A DNA stretch of 64,000 nucleotides from Phycisphaerae bacterium. GTDB lineage: Bacteria; Planctomycetota; Phycisphaerae; UBA1845; Fen-1342. Location of the stretch: NCBI GenBank assembly GCA_963666925.2, contig CAXXTC010000007.1, forward strand, positions 160,001 to 224,000. Direction: 5' to 3'. This document shows, one piece after another, positions 32,201 to 41,370 of the stretch; the stretch's first letter is position 1, and each line of letters opens with the position of its first letter. Both the position numbers and the translations under genes were made by a program. The notes under the pieces were generated by a model. It did no database searches and had not been told where the DNA came from. It worked only from the letters and a program-made list of their open reading frames with translations.

Positions 32201-35200
32201 ATCGAGATGATCGACACCGAGGCCGAGAGCACCGACATCGTCCACATAATCACGCTCGAGTACGGTGAGGCGACGCAGATCGCCCAGTCGCTGAATCAGA
32301 TCATCCAGGGCAATCGGCGCGGCAGCGGCTCGGTCGGCGCCCAGAGCGGTACCGCTACGGTGCGCGTCTCGGCCGACGCTGGCAGCAACTCGGTCATCCT
32401 CGCCGGCATGCCCAAGGATTTGGCCGAGGTCGAGAGCTGGCTGGAAGAGCTCGAAGTCAACAGCACGACCGTGCCCGAGCTTCAGGTTTTCCAGTTGAAG
32501 CACGCGACCGTGTACGAGGCGCAGCGCACGCTGGATCAACTCTTCCCGCGTGGCCGTAACCAGCAGGACACGGTCACCATCACGGCCGACGAGATGACCA
32601 GCCGGCTGATCATCACGGCCAACAAGCGCAAGATGCGGCAGGTCGAGGCCTTCGTCGAGCAGCTCGACGCCGAGCCCGAGTTGGAAGCCGGCGGCGGCCT
32701 GCTGGCCGGTGGTCGGCAGATCTACTTTGTGGACATCAATCGCGGCAGTGCCAGCGACATCGCCTGGGACGTGCGCGACATTCTGCCGGACGAGGAGCAG
32801 GGCGGCCCGATCATCGAGGCCGACTGGTTTGGCGAGTACATCCGCGTGGTCTGTCGGCCGGCGGAGTTCCCGCAGGTTGAACAGCTCATCCGCGAATTCG
32901 AGCGGCGTATCAAGGTGGAAGTGGTGGGGCGGATCTACACCCCGCGGACAACCGACACCGAGGCGCTCATCGAGTATCTGCGTGCCCGGGGCGAAGAGAT
33001 CCAGTACGAGCCGCTGACCGAGAAGCCCAAGCGTGAGACGCTGGTCGAGACGCTGTGGGAAGAGGGTGAGGAGCCGCCGCAGTTGCAGCAGCGCCGCGAG
33101 CGCGACCAGTTGCAGAGTCGGCGCGGGTCAAACTATGAAACCGGCGTGTCGCTGCGTGAACTGTTGCTCGGCGATATCACCGGCGACGAGTCAGCGGACA
33201 ACTCGGCGGACGATCCGCCGGCTGTGAAGAAAGATACGATGCCGCCATCTGCCGGCGGAAAGCCCCCAGTTCCTCGGCGTTCGGAGGCCACGGCCAAGCC
33301 GCTATCCGGCGAGCAGCCGGCGTCATCGGACCTCCTGCCATTCGAGGCTGCCGGCCGCAGCGTTCCTTCTCCGGTCGAGAAGGAGCCCGTGCGGATCGTG
33401 CAGCAGCCCAACGGCAGCCTGCTCATCAGGGGGCCGCAGGACGATGTCAACGACATCACCAGCGTGCTCGACGTAATCACCGAGGATCTGGCGACCGGCG
33501 AGGTCGTGCGGATCTTCAAGTTCAAGTATGGCGATGTGTCGGCCGCGGCCGAGGTGCTCAGCATCATGTTTGATGTGCAGCGCCAGATCACCGCCATTCA
33601 GCCGCAACGCCGCGACCAACGCCGCAACGACCGCAACGGCGGGGGCGACGACGACCGTGGCCGTGGCGGGCTGATGGACCAGTTGCAGAACATGGTTGGC
33701 GGGCGGATGGGCGGCAATAGCCGAACCGGCAGCAGCACGCCGCTGCGTATCGCCACCGACCCGGCCCACAACTATCTCATCGTCAAGTGTGATGAGACCG
33801 ACTTGCCCGAAATCCGCCAGCTCCTGCGCGAGCTGGACATCCCCCCGGGCGAGGTCAACATTCGCATCTTCCAGCTCAAGAACCTGGTGGCCGACGAAGC
33901 CGCCCAGAATATCCAGGACGTGCTGGGCATCTCCAAGGCGCAGCAGCGCCGCGGGCGCACCACGCAGCGATCCAGCCGCGGCTCGCGCGGCAATCGCCAG
34001 CAGCAACAGCTCATGGAAATGCTCCAGCAGCAGATGGTCTCGGTGCCCGGCGTCGAGGGCGGCGCCAAGGTCGAACAGGTCGAGATCGTCTCCAATGCTG
34101 TGACCAATTCGCTGCTCGTGTCGGCCCCGCCCGAGGTGATGACGCTGGTCGAAAACGTCATCAACCAGCTCGAAGAGCTGGAAGGGCGCGACGTGGTCGG
34201 CATCTACCATCATGAGCTCGAAAACACGCGGGCCGATGATATCCTGCCACTGCTCCAGGAGATCTTCTCGTCCACGAGCGGTGGTGGCGGCGGCGGTCGG
34301 GGCGGCCGCGGCGGCGGCAGTTCGCCGGCGGCGCTCGGCACGGTCACCATCTCGGCCGACCCGCGCACCAATACCATCATCTACACCGCCGAAGCCAAGG
34401 ATGTCGAGGTCGTCGAGCGACAGATCAACTCGCTTGATATTGCCGGCCTGGGCCCCGTGGCCGAAGCGGAAATGTACGTCTGTGAGTACGGCGACGCCGA
34501 GTCGATCGCATCGGTGGTCGAGGCTATCTATGGCAGCAGCAGCGGCGGCGGTCGGGGTGGTCGCGGCAACGCTGTCACTGGCACCACCAGCCAGGTGCGC
34601 ATCATCGCCGAGCCGGCTACCAACTCGATCGTCATCTGGGGACCGCCCGATAAGCGCGACCTGATCATCACCCGCATCACCGAGCTCGACCAGCTCAGCG
34701 AGCAGCCCATCCGCGAGCTCGACATCGTTTATGCCGATCCGGAAGAGCTGGCCGCCACCCTGCTCCAGATGTTCGGCGGCAGCGGTGCCAGCGTGCAGGC
34801 ACGCGGCGGGCGCGGCAATCGGCGCGGCGGCGGGGCTAATGTGATGAGCGCCGGCCGGATTACCGTCATCGGTGACAAGGCGGCCAAGAAGCTGCTTATC
34901 AAGGCTCCGGAGAACGTCTATCAGCAGATCGAAGCGCTCGTGGCCACGTTGGATACGCCCAGCGAGCAATTGCAGTTGCGGCGATTCCAGTTGCGTTATG
35001 CCGACGCGTCCACCGTCGTCGACAGCGTCAAGAACGCCATGTCCGAATACATGCAGCTCGCCCGCGGCATGGGCGAGGAGACCGACTTCGACGCCTTTAC
35101 GGCCGTGCCCGATGCGCGGACCAACAGCGTCATGATCGTCGGCTCCGAAGAGACCTTCCTCTTCGTGCAGAAGCTGATCAACGAGATCGACATCGCCACG

Positions 35201-38200
35201 CCTGCCGACCAGCAGAAGGAATTCCGCGTTTTCGTGCTCGAAAAGGTGCCGGCCGCGACCGTCGCCGACGCGATCAACGGGTTTGCCAGCGGCGGGGCCG
35301 CAGCGAGTGGTAGCGGTAGGCGCGGCCGGGGCGCGTCGGGCGATTCGCGTGAGCTGAACGTCTACGCCGTCGCCGAGGAAACGACCAACTCGGTCATGGT
35401 TTTCGGGCGAATCGAGGATATCGCCCTGGTCGAGGCGGCCGTGATCGCGCCGCTGACGGACACCATCAGCGATCGCTTCCAGGTTGCCGAAATCCCGGTC
35501 GAGAACGTCAAGCCCTCGCAGATCGTCAGCTTCATCCTCCAGTTTATGGACGTGGGTGGCACCGGCGATAAGCAGCGCGGTCGCGGCGGCCGTAACAGTG
35601 CCGCCGGCCTCGAACAGTCCGGCCCGCAGATCGTGCCCAACGATACACGCCACACGCTCGTCGTGCGCGGCACGCCCCGGCAGATCGACGAAGTCACCGA
35701 CCTGGTGCAGCGCTTCGACGATCCGGACTTCATGAGCAACCAGATCCGCGTCGTCCAGGTGCCCCTCGGGCAGGATGCCGCCACGCTGGCCGAAACGGTC
35801 GAGCGCATCGTCAACGAGTCCGAAGATGAACGTGCCACCCAGCAGGGTGGCCAGGCCCGGCACCTGACTGTCGGCTCCGACGATTACACTAATACCATTA
35901 TTCTGGCGGGCGACCCGGCCGTCTTTGGCCTGGCGGAGATGGTGGTCGATCAACTGCGTGCCGTGCGGACCCAGCAGCCGGTCACGCGTGTTATCCAGCT
36001 CAAGAACCTCTCTGCGGACGACGCCCAGGAGATCATCAACGAGATCCAGCAGGGGCGTGGGTCGCGGTCGTCCGGCTCGCGGCGCGGCTCGTCCGGGCAG
36101 CGTGGCGGGAGCAGCGGTCGCCGGCGCAGCGAGCTGTCGCCGCAATATTCGCCCGGCATGCTGCCGGTCCACACGCCGGCGGTCGGCTTTGTGCAGCCCT
36201 TCATCGGCATCAGCGTGTTGAACCCGCTGGTGGCGGTGTGTGTTGGCGGGCCGGCGGATGATCCGCAGCAGATTCAGCCGCAACGCGGCAGTGATCGTTT
36301 CGGCGACCTGCGTCGCGAGGTTTTGGAAGCGTTGGCGGACGCATCGTCGAAGGACGAGCTGACGCCGGCGCGGTCCGAGCCGCCACGCAGTGATGCCCGT
36401 CGTACCGTGCGTCCGGCGTCAACTCAGCCGCCGGAGCACCCGGCCGGTCCGTCCACCAGGTCACGTGCGGATGGCGATACGGCCGAACCGCCGGTCGGGG
36501 TCAAGCCGCCGGCCGCGGGTCAGCAACGGATCGGCTCGCAGCCACCCGCCAAGGGTCAGTCGCGCGTCGCCGGTCAGCCTCCATTCGGGCCGCAGACGCC
36601 CGTCGGAAATCGGGAGCGGGGCGCCGGCCAGGGGCCGTCGGTCGCAGGTCAGCCGCCGGCCGGCTCGCGTTTCGGCGAAATGCTCAATGGCGTCAGTGGC
36701 AATCTACAGAGCGATGTGACGGCGGCCGCGGTCGACAGTCGCCGCATTGTCATCACCGGCGACGCCGATGACGTCGCCTTCATCGAGCAGATCCTGATCA
36801 TGATGGAGGCTTCGACGTCGCCCGCGACGATTGAGGTCTTCGCGCTGAAGTTTGCCAAGGCCAGCGCCCTGGCGCCGGTCATTGAGACGGCCATTCAGGC
36901 CAAGATCGCCGCCCGCACATCGCAGCCCGGCCCGCAGGATGAATTCAGCATCAACGCCGAGGGCCGTAGCAATTCGCTCATCGTCTCGGCCTCCGAAGCG
37001 CTGATGGACGAAATCGCCCTGTTGGTCGAGCGGTTGGACGTCGACACCGGCGAGACCGATTTCCGCACCGTGCCGCTGGTCAACATGCGGGCGTCGGAAG
37101 CGGTGGGGGTGCTCAAGCCGCGGATCGAGGAATTGAACAAGTTGCGCGAGGTGCCGCAGGATTCGCAGGCGTCGATCAGTGCGGTCGAGCGCACCAACAG
37201 TGTGATGATCATCGGCACGCCGCAGGATATCGAGGAAATCGCCCGCCTGGTGCAGGCCATCGACGTGCCGCTGACGGACGAGCAGGAAACCGCCGATTTC
37301 GTGCGTGCCGACGTCGTCGTGATCCAGCTCAAGAACGGCAGTGCCGAGGATATCGCCACGGTGCTGACCGACATGATCGAGGAGCAGCAGGAGAACGCTC
37401 GCAAGGCCGATGGTGAGAAGGCCGGCGATCCGTTCGTCAAGGTGCTGCGTTTGCGGCTGGCGGATGGTCGCGAGTTGCCCGAGCTGAATCTCGATCGCCC
37501 GATAAAGATCATCCCCGAGCAGGGCACGAATTCGCTGATCATCTTCTCGAGCCAGGAAAACAACGAAGCGTTGCAGGCCATCGTCGGGGTGTTCGACACG
37601 CTGCCGGTCGGGGCCGACACGGACGTCAAGGCGTTCGTGCTGAAGTACGCGGCGGCCGAGGACGTCGCCAAGCTGATCGAAGACACGTTTGATGACAAGA
37701 GCTACCTGAGCCGGCCGGTCGATGGCGACGGCAAGGGTGTGGAGAAGGGCGTGTTGCCGCCGGTGCCCCCGGGCGTGGCGGCCAAGGGTTTGCCCTATCC
37801 GATCGTTGTTCAGCATGACGCCCGCAGCAACACGGTCATCGTGATCGGTCGCAGCGACGCGGTCCTGCTGGCCGGTGGACTGATCAGCGAGCTGGATCGG
37901 CCGACGATCGACCTGGGCCTGCGGGCCTACGTGCTCGATCTGAAGCGCATGTCCGCCACCGATCTGGCTGAGAAGCTCGAAGAGATTCTCGACGATCGCG
38001 CTGATGCTCTCGGCGGCGAGAACGAGGCCCGCGACAGCGCGGTGATCCAGCCCGAGGAGCGCACCAACTCGCTCATCGTTTTCGCGACCGACGAGGTCTA
38101 CACGATGATCGAGGACCTGGTGATTCAGCTCGACGAGGCCGACCGGTACAGCGTCGTCGACGTGCGTTACCGGCCGCTGCGTTATGCCGACGCGGTCAAG

Positions 38201-40723
38201 CTCCAGGCCCTGCTCGAAGAGCTCTTCAGCGAAAAGCAGAGTGCCGAGCAGGAAACGAATAGTGAGTTGAAGGATTCGCTCAAGCTGTGGGCCGACACGC
38301 GCAGCAATTCGCTGCTGTTGACCGGCACGCGTGACTACCTCGACGAGGCTGAAGGGCTGATTTCGCAGCTCGACGCCGAGTTTGACAGCACCGTCGAAGT
38401 CCGCGCCCTGAAGGTCAAGCTCAACAGCGCGGTCAACATTGCGGCCCTGCTGGAGGACATGATCGACACGGCCCTGAAGCAGCAGGACAGCAACTTGAGC
38501 GGCACACCGATTTACGTTTCGGCTGATCCGGTCTCCGACAGCCTGCTGATTGCAGCGGCCCGTGAAGACCTGACCATGATCGAGCGCTGGGTGCAGATCC
38601 TGGATCGGCCCAGCGAGGTCGGACGCATGACGCTGATCGTCCCGCTGCGCAACCGGGTGGCTGAGGATATCGCCCAGACTGTCGAGGACATTTTCCAATC
38701 CTCCGGCAGCCAGAAGGCCGGCGAGTTGGACGTTACGGTTACGTCTGAACAGTCGACGAATTCGCTGGTGGCGTTCGGCCCGCCCGCGGTGCTCCAGGAT
38801 ATCGAGGGCTTCGTGCGTGCCATGGACAGCAACACACCGGACAACGGCGTGATTGTCCGCATTTTCAAGCTTGAACAAGCCTACGCTGAAGACGCCGGCG
38901 ACCTGCTCGGTCAGATTCTGGACCTCGAAAGCGGGACCGTGGGCGGCAGCAGCAGCGGCGGGCGCAGCGGTTCGCAGGACACGATCGACAGCAAGGTCAT
39001 GCTCATGTTCCAGAGGGAGCATCCGGGCGTAGGAACGGAGATGCTTCGCGCGATGCGCAACGAGATCAGCGTGATCGCGAACGTGCGCACCAACTCGCTG
39101 GTCGTCATCGCTCCGCTCGAGAGCATGCTGTTGATGGAATCGCTGGTTGAGGCGGTCGATGTGCCGCCCGATGCCGCCCGTATCCGCGTCTTCCGCCTGG
39201 TAAATTCGGATGCCGAGCAGATGGTCGAGCGGCTCACCGAGCTGTTCGAGCAGAGCAATACCACCACCGGCGGCAGCAGCCGGGGCAACAGCGACGAGTC
39301 CAACCGCGTGCTCACTGTCGACGGCCTGGGCCAGGGCGGACGCCAGGAGATCGGGTTTACCGTTGATGTCCGGACCAACTCGGTCATCGCCGCCGGTACG
39401 CCCGGCTATCTCGACCTTGTCGAGGAGATCATCCTCGAACTCGACACCATCCCCATCCAGGAACGCGTCACCTGGGTCTACTCGCCCAAGAACATGACCG
39501 CCGAGGCCCTCGCCCCGTCGATCGTCGACTTCAGCGAGGCCGAACAGCAGCGTCTCCAGGATATTGGCGACGAGGTATCGACGGCGGTGATGCAGGAGCG
39601 GCTGGTGACGGCGATCGCGAACGAGGATTCGAACCGCATCATTATCGACGCGCATCCACGCTTCAGAGACACCGTCATGCGTGTTATCGAAGACCTCGAC
39701 CGCCCGCCGCCGCAGGTCATGATTCAGGTTCTCATCATCGAAGTTACCATGGACAACGAGCTGGACCTCGGCATCGAGTTCGCCTTCCAGGATCTGCAAT
39801 ACTCCAAGGCCGGCGCGACCGACACGACCACGTACGATTACGTTGGTGGTACGGACCTGGGCGCCGCGGGCAGCGGTCTGGGTGGCTTCACCTTCACGGT
39901 GACCGGTGCCGACTTCAATTTCCTTTTCCGTACCCTCCAGAACGAGGGCAACCTCAAGGTTCTCAGTCGCCCGCAGATCGTCGCCATGGACAACAAGGAG
40001 GCGCGCATCGACATCAGCGATGACGTGCCCTATGTCACTGGTACGCAGACGTCGTCCACCGGCCAGATCAGCACCAGCGTCTCACGCGAGAAGGTCGGCA
40101 TCACGCTCGAGGTCACTCCGCAGATCAACCCTGACGGGTTCGTCCGCATGGAGATCCTCCAGAAGGTTTCCGACCTGACCGGGTCGACCGTCGACGTCGG
40201 CCAGGGCGTTACGTCGCCGATCTTCTTCACGCGCGAGGCCGAAACCACGATCACCGTCAAGGACAACGAGACGGTGGTGCTGGGCGGACTGATCACTTCG
40301 CGCAAGGAGAACCGCGAGCAGAAGATCCCGATTCTGGGCGACGTCCCCGGCCTGGGCCTGCTCTTCCGCAACCAGAACGACACGTCTCGTCGCACCGAGC
40401 TGCTCGTCGTGCTGACGCCGCACGTGCTGCGTTCGGTTGAGGACTACCGCGACCTGTCGACTCGGGAGCGCGATTACACGGGTCTGATTCCGCCCGAGAC
40501 GCTGGCCGATCCGCTGTTGCAGAGTCTGCGTCGGCCGCTTGACGAACCTCTCCCGGACCAGCCCCCGCTGCGCGGCGAGCCGCAGAATCTGCCGGCCGAG
40601 GATGATGACGAGGATCTGTATAGCCCCGTGCGGCCGGCCCTCAAGCCCGAGGAGCGTGACCAGATCGATCCGGATTCGTATGACGTGCCCCTTTCGTGGG
40701 GCCGGCGGAGTAGCGGGTCCTGA
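26297..40723 (+). CDS. gspD: Giant secretin (GspD family), 4808 aa, about 45 N-domain (NolW-like) repeats
   Basis: Signal peptide; N0-like FNFEDMPWEDVI; repeated D/E.RTNSLIV units; C-terminal secretin domain PQVMIQVLIIEV, VLSRPQI, GITLEVTPQIN, VVLGGLI, KIPILGDVPGLGLLFR, TELLVVLTPHV. Confidence 0.93.
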   Translation: MTRGILQRGLGTLTVFVLLGWAADATWAQDAPVSKSDSLRAEQPPTTQPTDLDDTESLRALIQRRAEEARRRHEQEQAERDANPAPRRSRPTMQDAHKRDQSPAQPAELPSAPAKSESAGADRRAAPRSQAAPPKSDEQRLSDVPADFVGPPSFLSSGADAPAGAAPTPPQLRDRSQRQRGGAPRADVPPAGEAGEAGVDVPERRTQADGDEYWFNFEDMPWEDVIMVFVERLGKPLMTSEGDLIIGGTLTYVTEREFTKEEAIDELNLIMQEKGYRFVEQEHHIRVIPTAEMPQWVPVSETFPSVAAFEEANPRDMDYVTVYYQVEDVSADVYVDAFNDVMPIYARLSSLDDSNQIKMVALARDIRKFLALKDLIDISPRDPRELRIFDIKTNARDIERLLRDFLDLSSGRIQMVRDPKTKRMVPQRTAGSSSTQDVQMVADERTNSIIVKANRDRLEEIAQLIEQFDQKPDLGEFGTHVIEVQHADATEVANLLNQIFQQEQGQSRTPAWQRIQQIRQRTQRGRNTRRQPARRTQVKTDTTTPQDILAEGIFERAKKTIRLVADSRMNALIVYANEEGMQRVRELLEVLDKPQVDNFRTIELQEADVADVAPMLSQIVGEMGKTTVRGRGNAPEIVPDESRNVLYVFAERDEMQRIEMLVAQLDVPGPEEERHIIELENLRPSQVAQMVQTLLADGSGSSGASRSAARRNIRGRLRGGRTSGGAVARSGQDYQVIPLDEAQILIVICADDDWQKIDETVKLWDSRATTNTPRLATFTIEKADADTIAATLSNLYRSYQHPVFGRVPVYIQSEGNRLLVYSIQPAIDEISALIEGLDVEGMQDQVEILPLVHADASTVAQQVQSMVGGQLMSRGRGRGGVLSGPMIQAEAVTNSLIVQADAKDMERVRELAMRLDQAVGAQAPAREFLTPRYADPRQVAQAISQVFGSSGGGRRGRVPTGSAVSALAVGAQVIVEAPEDKLPEIRTFFNQLDDPKGQEIVIKTVKIQGADVVQIARKLSTAFRQKRNSTAVFDADPTSETILLTCSKDVQEQAEQLIAEYAEATRELVSTVEFYQMSYAQAQDASRWLQEQLLASAEKTLGRNAARQIRVSADTRTNRVIINGPQLAVEQGKSMLEQYDVEVTQVVISPLQTEARKLPGLDVRSLANSLNQTFGREPARPDRLRATFNYDAITEMLIINAPKDMYDRINSLIETFAAETADLTPEQEFIAVKEADANYVANQVRSILQQRITGRRGRDAAQKVSITVDTRLNRVIVNAPQFAIDMAKALIAELDQPPIVESQLQTIALENADAGTVNNVLRQIFSEKIRARTLQISAEPMTNSLIVGGTKEDFEDIEKWARELDEQAISKRGKLEIVELLNANPWEVSNILNAQYGGGGRGRRQKLGQEYRFDIVAGRSIVAQAPESKMPEILELIDRLDKVGVDKVEVRTYELSGIGDGIHELARQVTNAVNSQQEARERRITITPYPAADTLIVTARTDQFAEIEEMMDRFKSMVEKETTVMKMVSLQHLDAGQYAGHIQSMLANKINRAGRGSRALQTLQIIPDQRTNRLICYLPEKILPDLDQIIEQLDVEATDYEGKLRTIELSYADANTVANILRPMFEQQRNARRGQDISQIVVRIQPEPITNSLIVTASDQDFEEIRERAMWIDENSILKKAEPELIDLAFADPNQVAQVVQNTFRTEGGWGRTRDPQRDVSATVVGASILVQAPKDRIEEVRALIAKLDVLGTDEKPVTIALDYADANQMVQMINTMFGSSGRRRGQQQNVQATVSNGLVVVKAPKQTMQEIQELVEAVDTPDPGGIQVRTFDLKVLNATQVMAAVQVFLRDVKRSSRPGQLSPGAFAEPTTNTLVVIAPGEQMPFIETLILDLEKKTPKASQAEAYVLKHVRAEQIAGNIDAMLRAKVMEREGAKRGTIQTLVTADAASNRLLVYAPDDYQELAARLIEMIDTEAESTDIVHIITLEYGEATQIAQSLNQIIQGNRRGSGSVGAQSGTATVRVSADAGSNSVILAGMPKDLAEVESWLEELEVNSTTVPELQVFQLKHATVYEAQRTLDQLFPRGRNQQDTVTITADEMTSRLIITANKRKMRQVEAFVEQLDAEPELEAGGGLLAGGRQIYFVDINRGSASDIAWDVRDILPDEEQGGPIIEADWFGEYIRVVCRPAEFPQVEQLIREFERRIKVEVVGRIYTPRTTDTEALIEYLRARGEEIQYEPLTEKPKRETLVETLWEEGEEPPQLQQRRERDQLQSRRGSNYETGVSLRELLLGDITGDESADNSADDPPAVKKDTMPPSAGGKPPVPRRSEATAKPLSGEQPASSDLLPFEAAGRSVPSPVEKEPVRIVQQPNGSLLIRGPQDDVNDITSVLDVITEDLATGEVVRIFKFKYGDVSAAAEVLSIMFDVQRQITAIQPQRRDQRRNDRNGGGDDDRGRGGLMDQLQNMVGGRMGGNSRTGSSTPLRIATDPAHNYLIVKCDETDLPEIRQLLRELDIPPGEVNIRIFQLKNLVADEAAQNIQDVLGISKAQQRRGRTTQRSSRGSRGNRQQQQLMEMLQQQMVSVPGVEGGAKVEQVEIVSNAVTNSLLVSAPPEVMTLVENVINQLEELEGRDVVGIYHHELENTRADDILPLLQEIFSSTSGGGGGGRGGRGGGSSPAALGTVTISADPRTNTIIYTAEAKDVEVVERQINSLDIAGLGPVAEAEMYVCEYGDAESIASVVEAIYGSSSGGGRGGRGNAVTGTTSQVRIIAEPATNSIVIWGPPDKRDLIITRITELDQLSEQPIRELDIVYADPEELAATLLQMFGGSGASVQARGGRGNRRGGGANVMSAGRITVIGDKAAKKLLIKAPENVYQQIEALVATLDTPSEQLQLRRFQLRYADASTVVDSVKNAMSEYMQLARGMGEETDFDAFTAVPDARTNSVMIVGSEETFLFVQKLINEIDIATPADQQKEFRVFVLEKVPAATVADAINGFASGGAAASGSGRRGRGASGDSRELNVYAVAEETTNSVMVFGRIEDIALVEAAVIAPLTDTISDRFQVAEIPVENVKPSQIVSFILQFMDVGGTGDKQRGRGGRNSAAGLEQSGPQIVPNDTRHTLVVRGTPRQIDEVTDLVQRFDDPDFMSNQIRVVQVPLGQDAATLAETVERIVNESEDERATQQGGQARHLTVGSDDYTNTIILAGDPAVFGLAEMVVDQLRAVRTQQPVTRVIQLKNLSADDAQEIINEIQQGRGSRSSGSRRGSSGQRGGSSGRRRSELSPQYSPGMLPVHTPAVGFVQPFIGISVLNPLVAVCVGGPADDPQQIQPQRGSDRFGDLRREVLEALADASSKDELTPARSEPPRSDARRTVRPASTQPPEHPAGPSTRSRADGDTAEPPVGVKPPAAGQQRIGSQPPAKGQSRVAGQPPFGPQTPVGNRERGAGQGPSVAGQPPAGSRFGEMLNGVSGNLQSDVTAAAVDSRRIVITGDADDVAFIEQILIMMEASTSPATIEVFALKFAKASALAPVIETAIQAKIAARTSQPGPQDEFSINAEGRSNSLIVSASEALMDEIALLVERLDVDTGETDFRTVPLVNMRASEAVGVLKPRIEELNKLREVPQDSQASISAVERTNSVMIIGTPQDIEEIARLVQAIDVPLTDEQETADFVRADVVVIQLKNGSAEDIATVLTDMIEEQQENARKADGEKAGDPFVKVLRLRLADGRELPELNLDRPIKIIPEQGTNSLIIFSSQENNEALQAIVGVFDTLPVGADTDVKAFVLKYAAAEDVAKLIEDTFDDKSYLSRPVDGDGKGVEKGVLPPVPPGVAAKGLPYPIVVQHDARSNTVIVIGRSDAVLLAGGLISELDRPTIDLGLRAYVLDLKRMSATDLAEKLEEILDDRADALGGENEARDSAVIQPEERTNSLIVFATDEVYTMIEDLVIQLDEADRYSVVDVRYRPLRYADAVKLQALLEELFSEKQSAEQETNSELKDSLKLWADTRSNSLLLTGTRDYLDEAEGLISQLDAEFDSTVEVRALKVKLNSAVNIAALLEDMIDTALKQQDSNLSGTPIYVSADPVSDSLLIAAAREDLTMIERWVQILDRPSEVGRMTLIVPLRNRVAEDIAQTVEDIFQSSGSQKAGELDVTVTSEQSTNSLVAFGPPAVLQDIEGFVRAMDSNTPDNGVIVRIFKLEQAYAEDAGDLLGQILDLESGTVGGSSSGGRSGSQDTIDSKVMLMFQREHPGVGTEMLRAMRNEISVIANVRTNSLVVIAPLESMLLMESLVEAVDVPPDAARIRVFRLVNSDAEQMVERLTELFEQSNTTTGGSSRGNSDESNRVLTVDGLGQGGRQEIGFTVDVRTNSVIAAGTPGYLDLVEEIILELDTIPIQERVTWVYSPKNMTAEALAPSIVDFSEAEQQRLQDIGDEVSTAVMQERLVTAIANEDSNRIIIDAHPRFRDTVMRVIEDLDRPPPQVMIQVLIIEVTMDNELDLGIEFAFQDLQYSKAGATDTTTYDYVGGTDLGAAGSGLGGFTFTVTGADFNFLFRTLQNEGNLKVLSRPQIVAMDNKEARIDISDDVPYVTGTQTSSTGQISTSVSREKVGITLEVTPQINPDGFVRMEILQKVSDLTGSTVDVGQGVTSPIFFTREAETTITVKDNETVVLGGLITSRKENREQKIPILGDVPGLGLLFRNQNDTSRRTELLVVLTPHVLRSVEDYRDLSTRERDYTGLIPPETLADPLLQSLRRPLDEPLPDQPPLRGEPQNLPAEDDDEDLYSPVRPALKPEERDQIDPDSYDVPLSWGRRSSGS

Positions 40724-40731
40724 AGCAAGGA

Positions 40732-41370
40732 GTGCCGGGTTTGCCTCAGTTTGCTCACCGTTGTCGAACGCCGGCGCGTTGCTTCACTTTGTTTCTGCTG
40801 GGATTGCCGGTTCTGCTGACGGGCTGTGCCAGCAACTCGTGGGGCGCCGTTGGTTTGCGCGACGACGTGGTCACGATCAAGCAGTTCATCCCCACGTACC
40901 CGTGGATCCACGATGATGAAGGTCGCTCACGCGGGTTGCAGGCGCGCGTCTACTTCGTCTCAGCGGAGACTGAGAAAGGCGTGCACGTCCCGGGGCGCAT
41001 CAGCGTTGATCTTAACGTGCTGCACCCCCAGCCACAGGGCGGTTACGAACGCGAACAGGTGTATCGCTGGGAGTTCAGCGAGAGCGAGGCTGCCGGTTTC
41101 CGCGTCCGCACGAGGGCCGTGCTAGGCTATTCCTACGGCTTCGTGCTGTGCTGGCCCGATGACATTGACCTGTCCGGTGAGGAAGTCCAGCTCACCTTCC
41201 GTTACCACCGCCAGGAGGGCGGGATCGTCGAGCGGCGCGGACCACGCTTCCGCGTCCCGCTGCCCCCCGGATACACGTCCCCGCCGCGCGCCGCCCAGCC
41301 GACCCCCGCGCGCCAGCCCGCCGAATCCACGGGCGCCGCTCCCAGAGCCAACTCCAACGGGCAGAACTGA
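40732..41370 (+). CDS. Hypothetical lipoprotein (pilotin candidate)
   Basis: Lipobox LLTG-C; starts 9 nt after the secretin stop. Confidence 0.7.
   Translation: MPGLPQFAHRCRTPARCFTLFLLGLPVLLTGCASNSWGAVGLRDDVVTIKQFIPTYPWIHDDEGRSRGLQARVYFVSAETEKGVHVPGRISVDLNVLHPQPQGGYEREQVYRWEFSESEAAGFRVRTRAVLGYSYGFVLCWPDDIDLSGEEVQLTFRYHRQEGGIVERRGPRFRVPLPPGYTSPPRAAQPTPARQPAESTGAAPRANSNGQN

Noticed and set aside
26396..39799. Long antisense ORFs (819, 949, 986 and 1031 aa) opposite the secretin
   Set aside because: Shadow ORFs expected from high-GC codon bias; no motifs, and fully overlapped by a well-supported gene.
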